Positions 55,492-62,764 of a stretch of 64,000 nucleotides of DNA are shown here, one piece after another. This DNA comes from a virus. Its lineage: Duplodnaviria; Heunggongvirae; Uroviricota; Caudoviricetes. A program made the position numbers and the translations under genes. The stretch's first letter is position 1. Every line of letters begins with the position of its first letter. Below the pieces are notes generated by a model. The model ran no database searches and was not told where the DNA came from. It was given only the letters and a program-made list of their open reading frames with translations. The DNA lies in IMG/VR virus record IMGVR_UViG_3300045988_149282, positions 1-64,000 of that record; one strand, 5' to 3'.

Positions 55492-55628
55492 GACACAGCG
55501 TTGAGCGGTTTGGCCTTTTAATCAACCAGATTAAGACTCCGCTAACATAAACCAGACCGCTCAACGCTGTGATAGACAATTACGGCAGACGTTCTTAACC
55601 ATAGCTTGCTAACATCCTAGCAACACTT

Positions 55629-55657
55629 TTTTCAGCGCAAAATTCAAAGGGGCTTCG
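55629..55657. repeat. 29-bp direct repeat, left copy, flanking the lipoprotein cassette
   Basis: TTTTCAGCGCAAAATTCAAAGGGGCTTCG; 27/29 identical to 56550..56578. Confidence 0.65.
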
Positions 55658-55669
55658 GCCCCTTTTTTG
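55647..55669 (+). terminator. Rho-independent terminator after the tRNA cluster
   Basis: AAGGGGC-TTCG-GCCCCTT hairpin followed by TTTTTT; also forms the left copy of the 29-bp direct repeat flanking the lipoprotein gene. Confidence 0.65.
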
Positions 55670-55784
55670 ATTTGTTGACACTTAGTTATATTCACGTATC
55701 GTTTTATCGCTTTGATCCGAGGCAGCGTTAGACTGCCTTCATGTTCCTGATTAGATCGCAGCAGTTAAACATGGAGACAAATTA

Positions 55785-56339
55785 ATGAAGAAGTGCCATC
55801 TCAATATTTTCGCATCTCTAATAATTGCGTTAACACTAACAGGGTGTAACGAATCTGAAATAGATGAATTAACGTTAATAGGCAAAGATAAAAGTGAACT
55901 TGAACAAAATTATAAAGCCCAATTCAAGAAGCTAACACAAAATGTTGAAGTGTTTATTCTTCAAGATAAAAATAGTCCGACTGAAAAAGAACCGCATACG
56001 AATGGCAACCTGATCGACGGAAAAGTCGAAATGTCATTAACCAGTAATGTTGGTAAGTATACATTCATCCAGATAAGTGAAATGCTGACAAAGGAGTACG
56101 GAAAACCCGTTGCTACAAAAGATCGTGTTTTTAACAGAGAAGCAGTATCTGGCATGGACTGTATTGAAACTAAAACTTGTGGAGCTGGTAAATATTATGA
56201 AATCTTTCGAGGGAAGGATAGATTGATTATGGTGTCAAACGGTGCCGGTCTTTTACACGAAAAGGAAGGTGTAACACTACTCACCATCACCGATAAACAA
56301 TTTAAATTTTCTCGTTTAGAAGAAGATAAAATAAAATAA
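55785..56339 (+). CDS. lipoprotein (184 aa), accessory/moron gene
   Basis: Signal peptide plus lipobox (LTLTGC); AT-rich, K-rich coding sequence unlike the surrounding genome; flanked by 29-bp direct repeats. Confidence 0.65.
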   Translation: MKKCHLNIFASLIIALTLTGCNESEIDELTLIGKDKSELEQNYKAQFKKLTQNVEVFILQDKNSPTEKEPHTNGNLIDGKVEMSLTSNVGKYTFIQISEMLTKEYGKPVATKDRVFNREAVSGMDCIETKTCGAGKYYEIFRGKDRLIMVSNGAGLLHEKEGVTLLTITDKQFKFSRLEEDKIK

Positions 56340-56549
56340 TGACAGGGGCGTATACGCCCCTATCTAAAATTTGACATTAAACATATATTGCATCTGGTAT
56401 CAGCAATTTTTGTGCGCTATGTAAGTCCTTACCTGCAATCAGTCTCATAAATATCGGATTTTACGTAGCGTACCATCGTTACAGCAAGCATCAAATTATT
56501 CACTGACATTTATGCGCTGAAAACAGCGTTACTTACCGTAAAATAACAA

Positions 56550-56578
56550 TTTTCAGCGCAAAATTTAAAGAGGCTTCG
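56550..56578. repeat. 29-bp direct repeat, right copy, flanking the lipoprotein cassette
   Basis: TTTTCAGCGCAAAATTTAAAGAGGCTTCG; degenerate copy of the terminator-containing left repeat. Confidence 0.65.
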
Positions 56579-56590
56579 AATCTGCACAAC

Positions 56591-57919
56591 CTATTGTGCG
56601 TACTCGCCCAATTTTAATGTTTCACGCTTATATTCATCAACTATCTCACATGATTTAATATAGATATGGCACAATAGGTTATCACTATCATCATTATCGT
56701 TTATTGCCATAAGTGCCAACTTTTTCTCATATTCATCGATCGCATCACTCAACTGATCACCTGTAATTACATCTGACTCACTCGAGAAATATAACTGCCC
56801 AAGATTTACCGCATTTTTTCCAGTTTTTCTTTGCTCTATGTAATTTTTAATCATATCCTTCACATCCTTTTCACTACTCAGTATTTCACTTTCGAAATGG
56901 ACATGCTCTGAAATCGACGCGACTCTGCAACCGATCAAACGATGAATATAGTCATCAATAGACGTAACACTATCATTAGCTTTTTTTAGTGCTTCATCAA
57001 AAATGCTCTTTACCTCATTTGGCAAATTTTTAAAATAATCATCAATTAAACCAGATAATGGTGTTTGGTAGTTCATTAATACCGATGAAGCAACTTGCGG
57101 ACGACGAGCCACCCAGATTTCTTTGACTTCAACTTGAGAATAATATTCCTTAATCACGTTCCAAAAGTATTTTAACATCTTGGTTTTAAATATTTTATCA
57201 AATCTATCCTTTATAAATAGCTCTACTTCAGGCATGCTTGAATAAGCATCATCAAAGAATATTTCATCTTTGAAAAAATCATATTTATTTAATAAAGCAT
57301 ACAGTTTTTTTGAATCCAGCGGTTCACGAGAATCGATGTCCAATCCAAAAACTGCAATAACCAACTTCATTTGCGGTGGTATTTTTCCACTCAATTGAAT
57401 AATATATTCCATTTTTTCATCAAAACAATTTCCATCTATGTAAAATCGGTTATCTACATAGACTAATATATTGGTAATATGTTTTATGTACTGAATAACC
57501 TCATGCTTTCTTACCAATGGATAAAAAAACGAATGCATTTCATTTTTATTAAATTGTTTTTTTGTCTGTTCAATGATTGGTATGACATTATTGTACAACT
57601 CATCATGCTGATTTAATAAAGTGTCAAACCATTCTTTGAAAGAATTTTTTCTCATCTCAATCAATGAATCGGTAGTTATCCTAACGGCCTCCAGTGCTGC
57701 CTTTGCACTTTTTCTTGCTTCATAGGCGTTCCACGCTGTTGCACAAAAAGCCGCTGTCGTTATAAAACTACTCAATACAGCAATTTGGTCTGTAACCTTC
57801 CAATCTTGAAATGGCTCAAGTAGTAAACCTAAAAACAAAATTATTATGGAAAACATTAGAATTGCAACAGAAATAAAAACAGGCATGTATGCTCTCGTAC
57901 TTACCATTGTTAGTTGCAT
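56591..57919 (-). CDS. membrane-anchored protein (442 aa; two N-terminal TM helices plus large cytoplasmic domain), accessory gene
   Basis: AT-rich minus-strand ORF; TM helices VFISVAILMFSIIILFLGLLL and IAVLSSFITTAAFCATAW; GATAGGTAAGTA-type motif on the minus strand upstream (57981-58002). Confidence 0.6.
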   Translation of the reverse strand: MQLTMVSTRAYMPVFISVAILMFSIIILFLGLLLEPFQDWKVTDQIAVLSSFITTAAFCATAWNAYEARKSAKAALEAVRITTDSLIEMRKNSFKEWFDTLLNQHDELYNNVIPIIEQTKKQFNKNEMHSFFYPLVRKHEVIQYIKHITNILVYVDNRFYIDGNCFDEKMEYIIQLSGKIPPQMKLVIAVFGLDIDSREPLDSKKLYALLNKYDFFKDEIFFDDAYSSMPEVELFIKDRFDKIFKTKMLKYFWNVIKEYYSQVEVKEIWVARRPQVASSVLMNYQTPLSGLIDDYFKNLPNEVKSIFDEALKKANDSVTSIDDYIHRLIGCRVASISEHVHFESEILSSEKDVKDMIKNYIEQRKTGKNAVNLGQLYFSSESDVITGDQLSDAIDEYEKKLALMAINDNDDSDNLLCHIYIKSCEIVDEYKRETLKLGEYAQ

Positions 57920-58058
57920 TAAATATTAACTAAATTAAGTTGTGATTAACAGGCAAGTTTACGATGTATTGCAGACATTAAATAGGTTTTTACTTACCTA
58001 TCTTTTATAGTAATATTTATTTTCTGGTTAAGTAACACATAATTATTATGAGGTAAAC

Positions 58059-58304
58059 ATGACTATCGTTATCTACGGACGAGATAACTGCTCATATTGC
58101 AAACGTGCGGTCGAGCTGGCGAAACAACTAAAGGGACACGGCTATGGTGATTATGAGTACATCGACATCACCACTGCCGGTATCGATAAGGAAAAACTTA
58201 GCGAAATTGTTGGCAAACCGGTAGAGACTATCCCCCAGGTACTGATCGATGGCCAACCGATTGGCGGATACACAGAACTGGCTGCATACGTCACCACTCT
58301 CTAA
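58059..58304 (+). CDS. glutaredoxin (NrdH/Grx-like thioredoxin fold)
   Basis: 81-aa protein with CSYC active site near the N-terminus and glutaredoxin-like TIPQVLIDGQPIGG motif; hairpin plus T-run terminator follows. Confidence 0.8.
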   Translation: MTIVIYGRDNCSYCKRAVELAKQLKGHGYGDYEYIDITTAGIDKEKLSEIVGKPVETIPQVLIDGQPIGGYTELAAYVTTL

Positions 58305-58309
58305 TTTTA

Positions 58310-58333
58310 ACGGCTCACAGGAGCCGTTTTTGT
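58310..58333 (+). terminator. Rho-independent terminator after the glutaredoxin gene
   Basis: ACGGCTC-ACAGG-AGCCGT hairpin followed by TTTTTG. Confidence 0.6.
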
Positions 58334-58514
58334 TCCCACCAAACTCACGCTTGGTTCCCTTAAAATTCAAAAAACAACGGCTAAATGATTCCATACCTAC
58401 TATGTATGGAATCATTACTGAAAATGAGTTACTTTTACTCTTGATCCTATAAGAATCTATGCCTAATATACTGTTTACTTATACAGTGAATCGGCGTAAC
58501 TCGGTGATTGTCAT

Positions 58515-59618
58515 ATGAAAAATAGCTTTGACAGAGCACGCGCTGCGGAGAACACCTCAAAAGAGGCGATTGAGTATCTCGAAAGAGCATCTCAAATGCA
58601 GGCCGTTATGATCTCGCAGGTCAGCAATGACATGAGATTCTCGGACGCATTCATGTTATTCACTCGCTTATCTCTGCTGATAACAAGACGTCGGCCAGAG
58701 ATCGCTGTTCATTGTATTTTGATACATGTTTTGCCGCACATTGCCGATGTAAAAGTAAGTGACATTAATAGGTTCATGGTGAACCAACTGGTCAACCCAC
58801 TAATACTGGATGGCAAAATTGTTATGGGCCGCCGCGTTTTCTCTCTGATGAAGCAGTTCCTTAGCTGGTGCGCCTTCCAGGGGATGATAGACGTGTCACC
58901 GTTAAACGATATGTCACTAAACAAAGTTGCCGGTGGCGCAAAGCCTACACCTCGCGAGCGGAAGCTGACCGACGCAGAGGTATGGGTGTTCTGGAATATA
59001 TGGGACTACTTCAATGTGTGCGCTGGTACAAAATGGGCGGCCAGGCTGTGTCTTGTATCCGCAAGACGACCTGACGAAGTACTGCGGGCTAAAAAAAGTG
59101 AGTTCAATCTTAAGCGTGGGGTTTGGAATCAAGGCAAGAGGAACAAATCTGCCCGTGAGCATTCTCTGCCTTTAAGCTCATTAATGCGCACTTGTATTGA
59201 AGAGTTGTTCGAATATGGTAAAGACAGCCAGTGGCTCGTGCCTTCGAATAAAAAAATCGGGAAAGACCTTCCTATGTCTAAAGTGGCAATAGCCCAGGCA
59301 TTACGTCGTATTCTGGAACGACCAGAACTGATGGAGCTTGAGCCATTTACACCCCGAGATTTGCGCCGTACTGCGCGTAGTTACTTCCCAGCATTAGGCA
59401 TAAGCCAGGAGGTATCACGTAAAATCATGAACCACAGTCTTGAGGGGATAGATCGGGTCTACGACCGGCACGATTATATGGACGAGATGCGAGACGCCTT
59501 AGAAAGTTTCTCGACGTACATCGCATCAATCGTAGAGCAACCGGATTTAGACGAAATTGACCACAAATTTAAGGGAGATCGTCTATCAACAGAGCTTATT
59601 CGTGTAAATTTTTCATAG
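58515..59618 (+). CDS. tyrosine recombinase (phage integrase family)
   Basis: Catalytic-domain motifs: ARLCLVSARRPDEV (box I Arg), FTPRDLRRTARSY (H/RxxR region), RVYDRHDY (putative catalytic Tyr). N-terminal start uncertain. Confidence 0.75.
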   Translation: MKNSFDRARAAENTSKEAIEYLERASQMQAVMISQVSNDMRFSDAFMLFTRLSLLITRRRPEIAVHCILIHVLPHIADVKVSDINRFMVNQLVNPLILDGKIVMGRRVFSLMKQFLSWCAFQGMIDVSPLNDMSLNKVAGGAKPTPRERKLTDAEVWVFWNIWDYFNVCAGTKWAARLCLVSARRPDEVLRAKKSEFNLKRGVWNQGKRNKSAREHSLPLSSLMRTCIEELFEYGKDSQWLVPSNKKIGKDLPMSKVAIAQALRRILERPELMELEPFTPRDLRRTARSYFPALGISQEVSRKIMNHSLEGIDRVYDRHDYMDEMRDALESFSTYIASIVEQPDLDEIDHKFKGDRLSTELIRVNFS

Positions 59619-59999
59619 AGACTTTATGGCCTCAACAACCTTTTGTGATGCGCCTTTCTCTTTACCGAATCGCTCGTTATATGCAGCAAGAACCTGTTTT
59701 TCGTCCTCGTTAAGAGGAGCAGTGCCTTCTTTGTATAAAAATGCTGCGAGTTCGGGTTGGCGTTCTTCCAGCACCATCATCATAAGACGACTTGGCTCAA
59801 TGCCCAGTGCCAGCGCCAGCGGACGAACCTTATCGATAGGCAAAGGAATTTTGCCGCTTTTAATTAAAGAAAGGTTGTTGGCGTTTTTATACCCAATTGT
59901 TTTGGCTATCTGGGCCTGGCTCATAGGTGAGGATTCAATCAACCCTGCGATAAAAGCAGCATAGCGACTTTCTATAAATTCAATCTTGTTGTCAGACAT
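59613..59999 (-). CDS. XRE-family helix-turn-helix transcriptional regulator
   Basis: HTH_XRE-like segment (SQAQIAKTIGYKNANNLSLIKSGK); convergent with, and overlapping by a few nt, the recombinase gene end. Confidence 0.7.
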   Translation of the reverse strand: MSDNKIEFIESRYAAFIAGLIESSPMSQAQIAKTIGYKNANNLSLIKSGKIPLPIDKVRPLALALGIEPSRLMMMVLEERQPELAAFLYKEGTAPLNEDEKQVLAAYNERFGKEKGASQKVVEAIKSL

Positions 60000-60249
60000 T
60001 GTTACAACCTTTGCGCGTTCAATTCTCTCTGGTAAGTGCTTACCGATATTACATCAAAGGTTAGGGTTGTAAAGCTATTATCATTTTTTCGATAGGCACT
60101 TAAAAGACCGGTTAAAGGCCATTGCACGGAGAAAAATTGGCCCAAAACAGGTAAGAAAATTAACTTGCATATGATATGAATGTATTCAGTATTGATATAA
60201 ATTTTAGTAGTATTCCTTACCATAGTATAAGTTAGAATGGATTGATTGA

Positions 60250-60462
60250 ATGAACACCACTATTTCCAGCCTAATCGCTCTTGAGATCGGACACGTACAG
60301 AAATTAGCTGATGAGTGTGTAGCTGACATCCTCACCGATCTACCGAATGAGCAGATTCAGGTTGGTGTGAATGACACAACTGGCTTTATATTCGAACTTA
60401 ACAACAAACGCTTCACGCTTCTCAATATCGGCTCCGGGTCTTTAGCCGTCAGAATCTGTTAA
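60250..60462 (+). CDS. hypothetical small protein (70 aa)
   Basis: ORF only; weak support. Confidence 0.3.
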   Translation: MNTTISSLIALEIGHVQKLADECVADILTDLPNEQIQVGVNDTTGFIFELNNKRFTLLNIGSGSLAVRIC

Positions 60463-60560
60463 CCCCTCTTCTCCCTGCGCGAATGGCTTAGTTCCCTGTT
60501 CGCGCAGTGCTACATTAAACACACTAGTAAATAATTTGTTTTCATAACAAAGGATTAGCC

Positions 60561-62669
60561 ATGTCTAAAAAACGTTCCATCAAAGAGGTTCAGGACTTCC
60601 GTGACAGTGTAAAACGAGTAGTCGCTCTCCTTTCAGGTAAAAACATCCCTGTTGCAGAACGAGGGGACGACGCTTATGTACGCTATAACGATGATGGAGA
60701 GCCAATTCTCGTAAACATCCCATCAATCCCGGATAACGCAACACCGGCATTGATGAATGCTGTGCGCGGATTTCTCGATCATGAGGTTGCTCACATTTTG
60801 TTTACCGATATTCGTGTGTCCAACAAAATGAGAGAAAAAGGACGCGTTCCTTCCTGGTCGCTATGGAATGCCTTAGAAGACGTGTTCATCGAGCGAAAAA
60901 TGGGTCAGGTCTTTAACGGAACAAGACGTAATCTGATGGCAACTCAGCGCCTTATAATCGAAAAAGTCTTTAAACCAAAGGCTTCAGAGGCTATTGCTTA
61001 TTGTGGCAAAGATCAGCGCGCGCTTTTTCTAAACTTCTTTCTCTGTCCGGTTGTAAGAGCCTGGGATGGCCAAGCACCGTTCGTAGATTTCATGGATGAA
61101 TACTGGCCTGTCATTGAGAAACCAATTTCATTATTAAAAGAACATGGTATCGATGTGGCCGTGCGTAACATGTCTTGCACCGAGGATTGTGTAAAGGTGG
61201 CTGCGACCATAGCTAAGATCCTCAAAGACACTGAAAGTGAAAGCAAAGGTAAGGAGTCAGCTCCGGGAAAAACTTCCGATCCTTCAGACGCTGACCAGAC
61301 GGATGCCTCTGGAGAAAACAATGAAGACAACGAAGATCATGAGACACCCTCATCGTTAGATAATCACAAATCTATCGAATCAGAATCACATAGTAAGCAC
61401 AAACATGATAATAACGACAGCGATGATTCAGATAATTCTGAATCATCAGAAACAATATTCGATGATACAGAAAATGATAAAGAGGTATCAGATTCTGATG
61501 CTTCTGATAACGCGGCGTCAGAATCATTAACCGCTGACCACGAAAAAAGAAAAACGACAGAAGACGGCTCTTCAGATATCCCAACTCCGTCAAAAATGAG
61601 TCTGGAAGAGGCTTTAGAGGAGCTGGATAGCATAGAAGATGAAGTCGGAGGCATGACAGAAGATGCTCTATCCGAAACGATTAAAAGCGAGTTAACAGAA
61701 AGCTCGAAAAGCGAATACAGGCCATACAATCGCTCATACGACTTCATCGGCTCGATTGATCAGGCAGAAGCCCATATCAAACGGCTTATTAAAACATTCT
61801 CCGATATTGATTTGGGAGGATATCCAATCAGCCGCTATCGCATCGTTCCTGAAGGCAACCAGCTCTTCGACAAATATATTGAAAAGCATCTTTCGTCAGG
61901 TGTTTCGTCGACGCTGGCAAAAGACCTGGAGCGAGCAATAGCAAGCAGAAACAGAGTTCAGTTTATACCGGGCCAGCGTCGGGGGCGCATTCATGGTTCT
62001 AGTATCTACAGATTAGCAATGAATGATGCTCGCGTGTTTCGTAAAAAAGAAGAATCTAAAGCCGTTAACGCCTGTGTTCAACAAGTGATTGATTTATCAG
62101 GTTCAATGAGTGGTATAACGATTAAACTGGCTCTTGCAAGTGCATATACCATCGCCGATGCCCTTGATCGAATAAATGTTCCCAACATTATCACCGGCTT
62201 CACTACATTTGGTAGTCATATGGCGGCAGGAGAACTTAAGGCTGTCAAGTATGAGTTCTCTCGCTTTGAATCTTTAATGCTACCTATCATCAAAAATTGG
62301 AATGAAAAGGTAAATTCTCGCGAAGTTCGCTCACGTATGGGGTGCGTAGGCTACACATTCCCACTTCTTAATAACGTGGATGGTGAAAGCATAGCCAGCC
62401 TTGCATCGTTATTTTCCGGTCGCTTGGAGGACAGGAAGATCATGCTTGTTCTGAGTGATGGCGCGCCGTGGGCTGTTGGGAGAGGTTTTGACGCTCATTT
62501 GCGTTCAGTTGCGAAGCAAATTGAAACGCAGACTGATATTGATTTGATGGCAATTGGCATCATGACTGACGCACCGGAGAGATTTTACTCAAATCATGCC
62601 CTGGTAACGAGCGTTGATAGTCTTGGTTCATCTGTAGTTACTGAACTATCTCGTATCATTTTAAAGTGA
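60561..62669 (+). CDS. von Willebrand factor A (vWA) domain protein, CobT-like, with long acidic Ser/Asp/Glu-rich linker
   Basis: C-terminal vWA MIDAS motif (VIDLSGSMSG), N-terminal HEVAH segment, central ~150-aa acidic low-complexity region; paired with the downstream AAA+ gene. Confidence 0.7.
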   Translation: MSKKRSIKEVQDFRDSVKRVVALLSGKNIPVAERGDDAYVRYNDDGEPILVNIPSIPDNATPALMNAVRGFLDHEVAHILFTDIRVSNKMREKGRVPSWSLWNALEDVFIERKMGQVFNGTRRNLMATQRLIIEKVFKPKASEAIAYCGKDQRALFLNFFLCPVVRAWDGQAPFVDFMDEYWPVIEKPISLLKEHGIDVAVRNMSCTEDCVKVAATIAKILKDTESESKGKESAPGKTSDPSDADQTDASGENNEDNEDHETPSSLDNHKSIESESHSKHKHDNNDSDDSDNSESSETIFDDTENDKEVSDSDASDNAASESLTADHEKRKTTEDGSSDIPTPSKMSLEEALEELDSIEDEVGGMTEDALSETIKSELTESSKSEYRPYNRSYDFIGSIDQAEAHIKRLIKTFSDIDLGGYPISRYRIVPEGNQLFDKYIEKHLSSGVSSTLAKDLERAIASRNRVQFIPGQRRGRIHGSSIYRLAMNDARVFRKKEESKAVNACVQQVIDLSGSMSGITIKLALASAYTIADALDRINVPNIITGFTTFGSHMAAGELKAVKYEFSRFESLMLPIIKNWNEKVNSREVRSRMGCVGYTFPLLNNVDGESIASLASLFSGRLEDRKIMLVLSDGAPWAVGRGFDAHLRSVAKQIETQTDIDLMAIGIMTDAPERFYSNHALVTSVDSLGSSVVTELSRIILK

Positions 62670-62764
62670 ACAAAACAGCCTTAATGATAAGTTACTACTT
62701 ACGATAGATGATGATATATTTATATAAGAAGTTGAACGCTCATTAGAGAACAAAGGAAAAACGC

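Noticed and set aside
58515-59618. Reading the recombinase as proof of a classical integrating temperate phage
   Set aside because: No att core or tRNA 3'-fragment duplication could be identified by eye, and a ParA partition module is present; integration versus resolution or inversion roles cannot be distinguished from sequence alone, so only the enzyme family is called.
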